From assembly GCF_000008385.1 (NCBI RefSeq), contig NC_006833.1, positions 930,001-962,000 of the forward strand: a DNA stretch of 32,000 bases, given 5' to 3'. Origin of the DNA: Wolbachia endosymbiont strain TRS of Brugia malayi. GTDB lineage: Bacteria; Pseudomonadota; Alphaproteobacteria; Rickettsiales; Anaplasmataceae. Positions 1 to 9,973 of this stretch are shown here, one piece after another. How positions within the stretch are numbered: the stretch's first letter is position 1; the number at the start of each line of letters is the position of its first letter. The translations under genes were made by a program, and so were the position numbers. A model generated the notes under the pieces. It saw nothing but the letters and a program-made list of their open reading frames with translations. It was not told the origin of the DNA and made no database searches.

Positions 1-962
1 TCTAGTGCTGCACTGAAAACCCCTTCTCCTGTGAGAAAAAGAACTACAAGTTCTGGTGTATTTTCAAATTGATTCCAATACTCTTTTCTACCCAGATCAT
101 TTATATGCTTTTTTATTGCCAAGGAATGATCCTTTAATTTTTCCTTTTGTATCCGTAAGTCATTTTGTGATACAGCATCAAGATAAGAATCGAGCGGCAC
201 TTTAGCATCTATTATTATTTGCTTTCCAGATGGCATTTTGATTATTAAATCAGGACGCAGTAAATTATCCTTATTTTTATCAATCACTGATGGCTGGGTA
301 AAAAAATCGCAATATTCAACCATTCCTGCCATTTCTACCACTCTTCTTAGCTGTATTTCACCCCATTTCCCTCTAATATGAGGCTTCCCTAAAGCATTAG
401 CAAGGCTAGAAGTTTGGTTCATTAATGCTCCAATTTGCTCTTTTAAACCTTCATAAGCCCCTACTCTCTCTTTTTCCAGTTCGCGTATTTCACTATCAAA
501 TTTTTCCAGTTTTTCTTTTATCGGAGTTACAACTTCGTTAATCGTTGCTTGCCTTTTCTTGAAATTACTTTCTGTCTCTTTTAATTTACTATCGATTACT
601 TCCTTCGCCAAGTTCAGAAAATTATTGTTATTTGTCTGCAAAGCATCAAGAGAAAGTGCTTTAAAGGTGTTTGTTAGTCTCTCCTCAGCTTTTGCTAGTA
701 ATTCTATTTCCTTTTTCTTCTCCTCACGTTCTTTTTGCAGAGTTACTTCAAGTTCTGCATTGCTCACTTTTAAATCTACTATTTCTTTGTCCTTACCCTG
801 CAAGATCTGTCTTGTTTCTTGAAGCTCACGCTCCAATTTAAATAAATTACCCTCAAGATTTGCCGATTTTATTTTTTCTCCGCTCAGTTTTTTATTCTTT
901 CTTACAATGATGCAGAGAAACAATAATAAAAAGAGGCCAAAAGCGATAGAATTGAAAAGCAT
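1..962 (-). CDS. rmuC: DNA recombination protein RmuC, 3' end truncated by window edge
   Basis: Continuous minus frame from ATG at 962: MLFNSIAFGLFLLLFLCIIVRKNKK..., then coiled coil, then RmuC core ...TSSLANALGKPHIRGKWGEIQLRRVVEMAGMVEYCDFFTQPSV...; ends at the window edge with ...ENTPELVVLFLTGEGVFSAAL. Confidence 0.9.
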   Translation of the reverse strand, partial: MLFNSIAFGLFLLLFLCIIVRKNKKLSGEKIKSANLEGNLFKLERELQETRQILQGKDKEIVDLKVSNAELEVTLQKEREEKKKEIELLAKAEERLTNTFKALSLDALQTNNNNFLNLAKEVIDSKLKETESNFKKRQATINEVVTPIKEKLEKFDSEIRELEKERVGAYEGLKEQIGALMNQTSSLANALGKPHIRGKWGEIQLRRVVEMAGMVEYCDFFTQPSVIDKNKDNLLRPDLIIKMPSGKQIIIDAKVPLDSYLDAVSQNDLRIQKEKLKDHSLAIKKHINDLGRKEYWNQFENTPELVVLFLTGEGVFSAAL

Positions 963-993
963 CAGAATACAAAAAAAAATCGTACTCACAATA

Positions 994-1398
994 CTATCTA
1001 ATTTTTATGTATATGGAAAAGAAAAAAAGGAGCACTTGAAAGTGTGCTCCTTTTTGAAGTTCATGACTGTTGACCAATAGATAAACCACTGTCAACAACT
1101 GGTGTTGCTGCAGGACTATCAGTTTTGAACTTGGTGTGTTGCCATTTGCAGGAACTTTAAGTTCAGAACTTGCAGCTTCAGGCGCAATTGGATATTTAGC
1201 GTATATATTGAATTCTTTTATTATATCGCTAAAACCTAACAGTTCTTTCATTCTTTCTGGTTCATTATCACCATAAATCGTACTGTTATCTTGAGTTCCA
1301 ACTGAATTTATGGACAGATGTATATAACCATTCTCCATTTCTATTTTTGAGTCACAACGACCTGTGATATATAGCTGTTTCTCTCCTTCAAGATTCAA
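994..1398 (-). CDS. Hypothetical protein, probable truncated gene (frame open upstream to about 1440)
   Basis: 134 aa ORF with a TTG start; frame continues upstream (...YKNKDNNVICDEFHLNLEGEK...) to a stop near 1440; no family recognised. Confidence 0.4.
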   Translation of the reverse strand: MNLEGEKQLYITGRCDSKIEMENGYIHLSINSVGTQDNSTIYGDNEPERMKELLGFSDIIKEFNIYAKYPIAPEAASSELKVPANGNTPSSKLIVLQQHQLLTVVYLLVNSHELQKGAHFQVLLFFFSIYIKIR

Positions 1399-1737
1399 AT
1401 GGAACTCATCACAAATAACATTATTATCCTTGTTTTTGTATACTTCTTAAAGTATTTGATAGTTATTATGTTTTATATCCAGCCATATTTACCATCAATA
1501 ACCTTCAGGCAAGCTGTAGGTTCTTGAGCTATCTTAATACTGCTTATTTGGTTTGTTTTATTACTAGACTTTCAAATTGATTAAAATTTTCCTAAAGTTC
1601 ATGAAATTTCTGTACAACTAGCAATCTACTTAAAAAACTTTTTTATGCTTTTCACATATTCATTCCTTAAATTAATAATAAATTAACTTAGTTATTATAT
1701 ATAAGGCATAACATGTCAACTATTTTAGAAAATGTTT

Positions 1738-2341
1738 TTAATACTCGCTTGAACTTGCAATCTTTAATAATTTAATAGCACTGGTGTTCACAACTTTTCT
1801 ACTGACACATTTAGTGACAGAAAACCTCATATAGGGCTCATCCGTATAAGGGTTCCTTAACATTCTCATTCCTCACTATCTACAATTTTTAAGCCCGTTT
1901 AAAATCTACCACTACAATTATCGGTAGCCGATTGTCTGGTATAGGCGGCATATCAACGGATTGATATACTAGTATTTCCATTAAGGTATCCAGAGCTTCA
2001 AACGATAAACTTGGTTGCCAAAGATATTGACATGTTTGAGACTTAAATAGTCTAACATCTTTTAGTATACTCCTGTTCATTAAAAATGATGCTATCTTGG
2101 AATAGTACTCATTCAGAGAATAGCAAGATTTCATTATTGCATTACCATCCAATTTCTCAGCTTCAACTTGCTCTATCTTGTTGTAACTATTTCCATCTTC
2201 ATAAGATAAGATTCCTTTGGGTTGGAAAGTGCCATCACCTTTAATGAAAGCTTCGCTTTCTTTCGTACTGAAAATCCCAGCAACTTTTTCAACTAACCAA
2301 CTTTCAACATCAACAAATGTATCATCAAGTAGCTTTTGTGA
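1738..2341 (-). pseudogene. HK97-family phage/GTA-like major capsid protein, C-terminal fragment, frameshifted
   Basis: Minus frame open from 2341: KLLDDTFVDVESWLVEKVAGIFSTKESEAFIKGDGTFQPKGIL...SLNEYYSKIASFLMNRSILKDVRLF...YLWQPSL...VDMPPIPDNRLPI...DFKRA, then in another frame GMRMLRNPYTDEPYMRFSVTK...VVNTSAIKLLKIASSSEY*. These are classic HK97 capsid C-terminal motifs. Confidence 0.82.
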
Positions 2342-2399
2342 TCAACTATGTTTTTTTAATTTTCATTGATATAATTTTGCAACTTTACCCAATCATGCA

Positions 2400-2705
2400 G
2401 GTAATAAAAACCCATTCGCCATAGGAGTAGAACTTTATGTCAAACAGCTATTGCAACAATTACTGCTTAAGTCACTGCTGTGTAAATTAATGTTGCTTTA
2501 AGTCTTACATTACCAATTACTATAATTTTATGCATTAGAGCTGTTATGGCCATCATCTTCTTCTTACCACTTTCAATAGCTTAGAATAGATTACCAAGTA
2601 CAGACTTTGCAGCAGCCATGGCTGATATAAAGAGCCTTGAACAAACATTACTTCTACCACCTATAATCCTTCGTTAACTAACAGTTTTATTACTTTACCT
2701 TATAC
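2400..2705 (-). mobile_element. IS110-family transposase C-terminal remnant
   Basis: Minus-strand translation IIGGRSNVCSRLFISAMAAAKSVLGNLF*AIESGKKKMMAITALMHKIIVIGNVRLK matches the IS110/IS116/IS902 C-terminal pattern (G.GR..VR..LY.AAL.A...N......Y..L...GK..K.A..A.M.K.L...N); in-frame stop and short length indicate decay. Confidence 0.72.
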
Positions 2706-2717
2706 CAATTTTCACTG

Positions 2718-3714
2718 TTAATAGGTCAAATAAGTGACATTGCAGAGTTGCTTTATTGCGGAGCGAGAAGGGTAGGTAATAAATTTACATAAAGCGCTCT
2801 CAAGCAAAGCAATTGTATTATATACTTTATTACGCAAAATGTTCTGTTTTATATATAACCAAAGTTTTCCAATAGGATGAAGCTCAGGTAAGTACGATGA
2901 CAGGTATATAATCTTGACATTTTTAGGTATCTTTAAATTTTTTGAATTATACCAATTAGCACAATCTATGACAAGAAAGGCTTCTTGTGTTCTTAAATAT
3001 TGCAATATTTGTTCAAGAAATATATTCATACAACCAGTGTTGATATTCAGTGCAAATAAGCTAGAACTTTCTTCACTCCTAGGATTAACTGTACTGTAGA
3101 GATAAAAATTTTGTCTACCTAACTTTACTTTAACCTGTATTCTAACGCCCTTTTTTAAACCACCAGTGACAACCTTCGAATGTGTGCCCCGCGATTCATC
3201 AAAGAAAAATTAGCTCTTATTCATGATATTTGCCAATAGTCTCATTAAAATTTTTAACTATTCCTACCTACCTTTATCTTGTCCATTATGAATTGGTCTT
3301 AGCGTAATATACGAAAACCTCATTTTTTGCATATTAAGGTGTACTGTAGTCTTGCTGACATCCAAGCCAAATTTTTCCTGGATTCTATTCTCATTTCTTT
3401 AATGGTAATATTAGAGTTTTCTTGTATCCATACTTCAACTTGTTCAAATTGACTCTGATCAATCTAGTTTTTCTGCAACATTGAGGAGTAGCAAACAATT
3501 TTTCTTTTCTTCCAAATTTTAGTTACCTTATCCATACAGTCAGTGCTGTTCTTGAAATTCAACACATTTTTGCTACGGCTGTTATACTCTGCTTTCTTGC
3601 TACAATTACAGCATTTAGTTTTTTTGCAACATATGTGTTATTTCGTACTTTCTTCAGTATTTCTTTTGCTGATTCTACGACCATTCCATCCAATAATTTT
3701 GATTTCAATGCCAT
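2718..3714 (-). mobile_element. IS630-family transposase, degraded by frameshifts and stops
   Basis: N-terminal HTH part MALKSKLLDGMVVESAKEILKKVRNNTYVAKKLNAVIAARK...AVAKMC-ISRTALTVWIR; DDE part FFDESRGTHSKV...KKGVRIQVKVKLGRQNFYLYSTVNPR; ORF 2718-3029 ...AFLVIDCANWYNSKNLKIPKNVKIIYLSSYLPELHPIGKLWLYIKQNILRNKVYNT. Confidence 0.8.
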
Positions 3715-4051
3715 TTAAACCTCACTATTTTACTTACTTCAGTATGACTTCTTTTCCATCATTGCCTATCCGTTCCTTGTGCAGTGGGAATTGGTATCAC
3801 TATATGGTCCTGCCATTCTTTTTCCTTTATCACTAGCCAATCCCTCATTATACCTTCCTTTCTCTTTGAGGAAACTTTATCCGGGTTAGCTACAGTAGGT
3901 TTAGGTCTTGAAATGAGAAAGTAAATTTTGTACAAATGAAAAATTAGACAACTGTGATATAAATGATTTAAATTAAATACACTTATGTCACCATAAACTC
4001 ATATCAAATCTTTTTTAACTTTGAGTATTATTACATTTCGTATTAAAATAT

Positions 4052-4529
4052 GTGCATGAGCTGCCTTATGGACGTAATCTTGACCGCACATGTTATATAT
4101 CAGTACTCAATGAAAAACGAGGAACATGTAGTATAAAACATGTGCTGATTTATAAGTTAGGTTGCAAATACGAAATCGATGTAGCACTACATTTAGCTGT
4201 TTTTATGATGAACAAGTTAAATACGCCAGAAATTTCTTAAGTTTTAAATGAGTATAACTTACTACAGATTTCGGAAATGCATTGTTACCTTCATTATAAA
4301 AGTCGGATTTATTGATATAACTTCTCCAGAAAAGAGCATATCACTAGAACTGATAGAGGAAGAGAAAATTGAACCCAAACATCTTGGAACTTACAGCAGA
4401 AAAGCACAAACAATTTATCAAGAACTGGTTAATCAACAATTCAAACATATCATACAATATGGAACAAATTTTTTAAATTCGGGAATTATATATAAAACAA
4501 CTGGAAAGATATGGAAAGTGAAATTATGA
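4052..4529 (+). pseudogene. Single decayed gene split over the two listed ORFs; transglutaminase-like (RGTCSxKH) small enzyme relic
   Basis: 4052-4240 HELPYGRNLDRTCYISVLNEKRGTCSIKHVLIYKLGCKYEIDVALHLAVFMMNKLNTPEIS; then in shifted frames MHCYLHYKSRIY, DITSPEKSISLELIEEEKIEPKHLGTY. Continuous similarity across frames indicates one frameshifted gene. Family assignment is by motif only. Confidence 0.5.
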
Positions 4530-4811
4530 CCTTACGATCCATTAGTTGGGCTGTGATCACAATAACCATAACGATTTTCACTTCTTTTAGTAGAGTTCTT
4601 AACTTAGCAATATATATTGCTAAAACTTAAACAATACAACCACTTCCAGCAATAAGAAAAGGCCCAACCTATTACACTAGCCCATTACTATCATACTCTC
4701 CAGAACTATACGCTTTTTTATTTCCTTGATAAAACCTTTAGCTATATATAATTCAACCTTGACTTTACATATGGCTCAAATACCATATATGTATTGTAGT
4801 GTGGAGATAAT

Positions 4812-5185
4812 ATGGTCGACCAAAATCTGAATAAAGCAGAATCTTACTATACTATGCATAACAAAAATCTTGATTATATGATCTCATATGTGCATCCTAA
4901 TGTCGACTTTATAGGTCCTCCTTTAACTATGATGGTAGAGAATCAGTAACTGAAGCTGTCAAAAAATTTTCGATGTTTTTCAAGAGTCTTACAATCTGAA
5001 AAAGATTTACTTCTGGTAGAAGATTATGCTAGTATTAAATTTTGATTATCCTGATCCTATAGGTACTTTTCGAGGTACTTCATTTTTATCATTTGATGGT
5101 GGCTTATTTTCGAATAGAATTGTTCTACGATACTCGCGTTTGAGGGGAAAGAAGATGGAATTTTTACTTAAAATTGAATTAACAT
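4812..5185 (+). pseudogene. NTF2/SnoaL-like domain protein, multiply frameshifted relic
   Basis: Frame 1: MVDQNLNKAESYYTMHNKNLDYMISYVHPNVDFIGP; frame 2: DGRESVTEAVKKFSMFFKSLTI; frame 3: NFDYPDPIGTFRGTSFLSFDGGLFS; then RIELFYDTRV. Confidence 0.6.
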
Positions 5186-5229
5186 TAACCAATTAGAATT
5201 TCATCAATAATTTTCCTTTATTTCATAGC

Positions 5230-6084
5230 TTCTGGGCTGTCCTTATTTTTTAATTAGTGTAGTTGTAACGAGAGCCTTCCATAAAGCACAACCATATGCT
5301 CTAGGCCATGTATTTGAATTTAAACATAGATGTGATTTGAAAATTCTCCGACTCTCATTTTTCAAAAAAAATTCCACACAACGACTAGATCACAAGCTGG
5401 ATCACCAACACCCATACATTCAAAATCAATCACAGCAGCTATACACCCATATTTTATCAAGATATTCCCAATTGCAAAATCACCATGTATCCATACTGAG
5501 TTCTTGTTTCATTTTGAGCTTACAGCCTTTTTCAAAACAGATGTTATGGTTTTGTGTCAATAAAAACCTTGCAACTCTATAATTGCCGATTTTTCTGCAT
5601 TATAGATTGATATGTGGTCACCACGCTAGTAGTTATGAAACCCAGGACTAGGGCCTCCTCTAACATCAATCCTACATAATTCGTTCAAAAACTGTGCAAG
5701 TTGAAAAGCAATAACCTGTAAATTCAGATCACCTATAGACACTTTTATTTATGCTTTTCTCCCTTCAATCCACCTGTACATTAACCAATTCTAAGGATAA
5801 TGTTTCGATGGTTGCCCCACTCCAAGCAGTTCAGGAACAGAAAACGATAAATGCAGTGCAAGTATCTTGAGCCGTTTTTGCTCCTTTAGAACTCGTAGTG
5901 CACAATTTTCTGCATTTGGTAGCCCTGATCAATATTTCTTCACATAAGCGAAAGGTTCAATTGTCTATGCGACTGGACTCAACAGGTTTAACCTCTAAAT
6001 AGCCCACTTTGGAAACTGCTGTACAACAAGTTTGGCAGCAAGTGACAAAGTAATTTCTAAACGACTACTAGTTTTTGATATCAT
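5230..6084 (-). pseudogene. Aminoglycoside phosphotransferase-like (APH superfamily) relic
   Basis: Pieces in several minus frames: MISKTSSRLEITLSLAAKLVVQQFPKWA, SGLPNAENCALRVLKEQKRLKILALHLSFSVPELLGVGQPSKHYP, then catalytic-loop text SVWIHGDFAIGNILIKYGCIAAVIDFECMGVGDPACDLVV, then SNTWPRAYGCALWKALVT. Multiple stops and frameshifts. Confidence 0.82.
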
Positions 6085-6270
6085 TGCTTGCTCCACCTCA
6101 AAACCTCACAGTTCCAAAATAAACTTCCCTTTTACATTCAGTTAATAGTAATTAATTTGAGAATAAAATAAAAGAAAAACTGAGGTACATAAATAAAACC
6201 TTCCCATAATTGGTTAACTTTTTAAACTTACACCCTTCATTACTAGGTAGACTAGACTATCATGTTAGCT

Positions 6271-6304
6271 GCATGGTCCCAGCGTTAAGCACTAGAATGA
6301 CATT
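6271..6304. repeat. Half-copy of a Wolbachia-type palindromic repeat
   Basis: catggtcccagcgttaagcactagaatgacatt resembles the right arm of the palindrome in hemH (tggattccagtgtcacgcataggaatgacatc). Confidence 0.4.
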
Positions 6305-6354
6305 AAGGAATGGCCAATGTTTTTTATGTAAGTAGCAGTCATGCAAGAAGTCTA

Positions 6355-7788
6355 TCACAAAAAAATCAAAAGCTTAACGATTAGCGCTATGACCATAGAC
6401 CACAGTAAAAAGTAGATTTTTCCATTTGATCTATCTTTAATTTGAATATTCTCTAGTTTCTGATTAGCTATTAGGTTTAATTTTTCTATAAGGTTAAAAA
6501 TTTCTTGAATTGTCTTTACGGGGTAAGAGCTCTTTATTCTCTCTTTATAGCTTATTTTATTTTTATGTTGATTTTCCGTCCATGCTTCAACCACCTTCCA
6601 CACATTAATTTCTGGGTAGATTTTTCTACAAGTTCCCTCTAGCAAAATCATAGTTTTTTGCAGAAGTAATAATTGCGTTTGAACTTTCATATCAAAATCA
6701 CCAGTTATTTTTAACAATTGAGCAAGTAAACTAGCAAAAGAAATTTTCTGTATGGGCTGCCCTATAATAGGTTCACCTATTGCCCTGCACGCTGTAACAA
6801 AACTTTTATGCTGCGGCGAAACATAACCAGCTCTAAAGTGCACTTTTGCAACGCGATCATAATCCCGGTTCAAAAAGCCTTTCAGTATCTCTATTACATA
6901 GTAACATGTTTCTCGGTCTATTCGGCCCATAATTCCACAATCTAAAGCGACAATACTGTTGTTACTATCGATCATTAGATTGCCAGGATGCATATCCGCG
7001 TGAAAGAAACAATCTCTATATACTTGATTACAAAACGACTCTATAAGATTAATAGCTATTTGCTTATGATTATTTAGTTTTTCAACTTCATATACTGGTG
7101 TTGCCCCTATCCACTCCAATGTTAAAACCCTTTTTGAAGTTCTACTCCAGTCCACTTCAGGAACATAAAAACCTCTGTCGTTTTTTGTATTTTCCCTAAG
7201 CTCCGAAGAGTGAGCAGCTTCAAAGCGTAGATCTAGCTCTAATCGGCAAATTTCAGCAAAAGTTTCAACTAACTCAATTGGTTTTAGCCTCCTTGATTGC
7301 TTGCTAAACTTTTCTACAATCCCCGCAAGCCAAAAAAGCATTTTGATATCTTTTGAAAATGTTTTTTCAATATTTGGCCTTAAAATTTTTACAGCAACTT
7401 CTTTACCTTCTGTTGTAGTTGCCTTATGAGCTTGAGAAATTGATGCTGCTGCAATTGGTTTTTCAGAAAAACTTGAAAAAATGTCACTTAACTTACAATT
7501 AAATTCGCTCTCTATAGTTTTAACTGCTATCTTGTGTGAAAAAGAGGGCAATTTATCACATATCAACAATAAATTATTCGTTATATCCTCATTCAAAATA
7601 TCAGTACGTGACGAGATAGATTGCCCAAACTTAATAAATACTGGACCTAATTTCTCAAAAGCACATCTTAGTTTATAGCCTCGTATTCTATTTATTGATT
7701 TCCTTGATGGAGAAAGTAAATAAGGTGATATGTTATAACGAGTTAGTACTGCAGTTATATACAAAAGGCGCAGAATACTTTGAATCAT
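6355..7788 (-). CDS. ubiB: UbiB/AarF/ABC1-family protein (ubiquinone biosynthesis kinase-like)
   Basis: 477 aa; AFEKLGPVFIKFGQSISSRTDI, PIAAASISQAHKATTTEGKEVAVKILRPNIEKTF, FHADMHPGNLMIDSNNSIVALDCGIMGRID; C-terminal hydrophobic segment. Confidence 0.93.
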   Translation of the reverse strand: MIQSILRLLYITAVLTRYNISPYLLSPSRKSINRIRGYKLRCAFEKLGPVFIKFGQSISSRTDILNEDITNNLLLICDKLPSFSHKIAVKTIESEFNCKLSDIFSSFSEKPIAAASISQAHKATTTEGKEVAVKILRPNIEKTFSKDIKMLFWLAGIVEKFSKQSRRLKPIELVETFAEICRLELDLRFEAAHSSELRENTKNDRGFYVPEVDWSRTSKRVLTLEWIGATPVYEVEKLNNHKQIAINLIESFCNQVYRDCFFHADMHPGNLMIDSNNSIVALDCGIMGRIDRETCYYVIEILKGFLNRDYDRVAKVHFRAGYVSPQHKSFVTACRAIGEPIIGQPIQKISFASLLAQLLKITGDFDMKVQTQLLLLQKTMILLEGTCRKIYPEINVWKVVEAWTENQHKNKISYKERIKSSYPVKTIQEIFNLIEKLNLIANQKLENIQIKDRSNGKIYFLLWSMVIALIVKLLIFL

Positions 7789-8525
7789 TTTGCTATGTAA
7801 CTGCTAAATATCTCGCCTAGAGTTCTATCCTCCATAATCTTACCAGGCTTACCTTGGCAATAGATAGTATGATTTATACAAATAATATAATCTGAACATG
7901 GTACAATGGAGCTTAAATCATGAGACGTCATAAGGATCGAAATTAGTCGTTTTTTTGCTATTTCTCCTATAATATCGTAAAACTTAGCACGTGCGTTAAT
8001 GTCCATCGCACTAACCGGCTCATCTAGAATAATCAAGTCAGGCTCTGCAATTAAACAGTGTGCAAGTAGTAATAATTGCATCTGTCCTGCAGAAATCTCT
8101 AATACTTGATTTTTCAAAATACTGCCAATACCAACTAATTCTATCACTTCCGTAATAACCGATTGATTTTTCTTCAATTTTTTTGAAAAACTATTTAAGA
8201 GGAAATACTCAACTGTTATTGGCATCAACTTACTAATGCTAAAATTTTGTGGCATGTAGCTAATTTTTATATTATCAGCAAATATAACGCTACCTGTATA
8301 ATTCTTACTTATACCAGCAACCACCTTCATCAAAGAAGTTTTACCTCCACCATTTGGGCCAAGTATGGTAACTATATCTCCCTTTTCTATTGATATATTA
8401 ATACCATCGAGAACCTTTTTATTATCGTATGCCAGAGCAAGATTTTCTATTTTTAGGACACTGTCATTGACATTATTTAACTTTTTGACAAAATTTAAAT
8501 TTTTCTCGATGCTTTCATGAGACAT
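7785..8525 (-). CDS. znuC: Zinc/manganese ABC transporter ATP-binding protein
   Basis: 246 aa; Walker A GPNGGGKTS, signature-like region LEISAGQMQLLLLAHCL, Walker B LIILDEP; ATGA overlap with ubiB; beside the metal-binding substrate protein gene. Confidence 0.88.
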   Translation of the reverse strand: MSHESIEKNLNFVKKLNNVNDSVLKIENLALAYDNKKVLDGINISIEKGDIVTILGPNGGGKTSLMKVVAGISKNYTGSVIFADNIKISYMPQNFSISKLMPITVEYFLLNSFSKKLKKNQSVITEVIELVGIGSILKNQVLEISAGQMQLLLLAHCLIAEPDLIILDEPVSAMDINARAKFYDIIGEIAKKRLISILMTSHDLSSIVPCSDYIICINHTIYCQGKPGKIMEDRTLGEIFSSYIAK

Positions 8526-9404
8526 TTACTAGCTTTTTTTCTATTACTTTTATTTACACTATACTATAATATTGCCCTTTCATCCAATTTAAAAATTGTA
8601 GCCACAATAAAACCTATACATTCACTTGTAGCCTCTGTTACAGATGGAATTTCAAAACCGTACTTGCTTGCCTACACAACATCCACACATGATCATATAT
8701 TAAAGCCATTTGATGTGAGCAACTTAGAATCAAGTGATGTTATATTTTATATTGATGATAACTTAGAGACATTTATTAAACCTTTCGCTAAAGATAAAAA
8801 AGAACTTGTGCAGTTGTCAAAGACAATTAACTTACTTCCTGCTCGATCACATTCATTCTCCAAACAAATTACCCATACTCAAGATGAAAAAGATCTACAT
8901 ATTTGGCTGAGTCCTGAAAATGCAAAGAGTATGATACTTTCTATAAGTGAAGCACTATCTAACATAGACAAGGAGAATGCCTCCCGGTACAACTACAATG
9001 CAATAAAAGCTAAAAAAAAAATAAATCAAGAAGCAGAAAAAATTGCAAAAGAATTAAATGACTTTAAAAATCAAAAATACATAGTCACTCACGATGCTTA
9101 TCAATATTTTGAAAAATATTTCGGTTTAAATCACCCAAGTGTTATTCTTTCTATAGAAGAGGACTCTTACATAGGCATGAAAAGCTTAATGAAACTAAAA
9201 AAGGTGATGGAGGAAGAAAATATTAAATGTATATTTTCTCATTCACTAGAAGATAGCATAAAACCTAAAGTCCTTTCCAATGACGCAAAAATGATAATTC
9301 TTGATCCTATTGGGTCAAATATAGAACCTGGAAAAGATGCATATCTTGCTATAATCAATGACATTACACAAAATTTTAAATCTTGTTTTGCTGGGTATCA
9401 GTAA
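8517..9404 (+). CDS. znuA: Zinc ABC transporter substrate-binding protein
   Basis: 295 aa with signal peptide; IVATIKPIHSLVASVTDG, STHDHILKPFDVSNLESSDVIFYI, DLHIWLSPENAKSM, IVTHDAYQYFEKYFGL, ILDPIG. Confidence 0.9.
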   Translation: MRHLLAFFLLLLFTLYYNIALSSNLKIVATIKPIHSLVASVTDGISKPYLLAYTTSTHDHILKPFDVSNLESSDVIFYIDDNLETFIKPFAKDKKELVQLSKTINLLPARSHSFSKQITHTQDEKDLHIWLSPENAKSMILSISEALSNIDKENASRYNYNAIKAKKKINQEAEKIAKELNDFKNQKYIVTHDAYQYFEKYFGLNHPSVILSIEEDSYIGMKSLMKLKKVMEEENIKCIFSHSLEDSIKPKVLSNDAKMIILDPIGSNIEPGKDAYLAIINDITQNFKSCFAGYQ

Positions 9405-9443
9405 AAATCTGAGTAAAATATAGCTATGTTAGCAGGCCTGAAG

Positions 9444-9863
9444 CTACACCAACTCACACTCAGCAAAAAAGAAAGCTATCTCCTTATGAGCATTTTCTAA
9501 ACTATCAGAACCGTGGACTCTATTTTCATTAACATCATCAGCAAAGTCACCTCTGATTGTACCCTTATCTGCCTGCTTTGGATCTGTAGCTCCCATGATT
9601 TGTCTATATTTACTGATTGCATTTTCACCAACTAAAACTTGAACTATTACAGGACCAGAAGTCATAAATTCCACTAATCCTCCAAAAAAAGGTCTATCTT
9701 TATGAATTGCATAAAACAGTTCTGCTTGTTTTTTTGTTAGTAACATCATTTTTTGTGCTATTATCCTTAGCCCAGACTTTTCGATATAGGAATTTATATT
9801 ACCTATAATATTATTTTTCACCGTATCAGGTTTTAATATCGAAAGTGTCCTCTCAATCGCCAT
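9444..9863 (-). CDS. ndk: Nucleoside diphosphate kinase
   Basis: 139 aa; [74 protein letters not shown]. Confidence 0.97.
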   Translation of the reverse strand: MAIERTLSILKPDTVKNNIIGNINSYIEKSGLRIIAQKMMLLTKKQAELFYAIHKDRPFFGGLVEFMTSGPVIVQVLVGENAISKYRQIMGATDPKQADKGTIRGDFADDVNENRVHGSDSLENAHKEIAFFFAECELV

Positions 9864-9973
9864 ATTTTCTTATGTAAAACCACACACTTACATATTTATC
9901 TTATTGCAAATTCCGGTTTTATAAAAGTAGTTTTTTCTTTATAGTTAAGAATAAATCATCAAGTAGGTATTGC

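Noticed and set aside
559-822. 87-aa plus-strand ORF
   Set aside because: Antisense to the coiled-coil region of rmuC; serine/leucine rich translation is the complement of charged helices.
3543-3836. 97-aa plus-strand ORF with hydrophobic residues
   Set aside because: Mostly antisense to the IS630 transposase N-terminal relic; the minus-strand transposase reading is more convincing.
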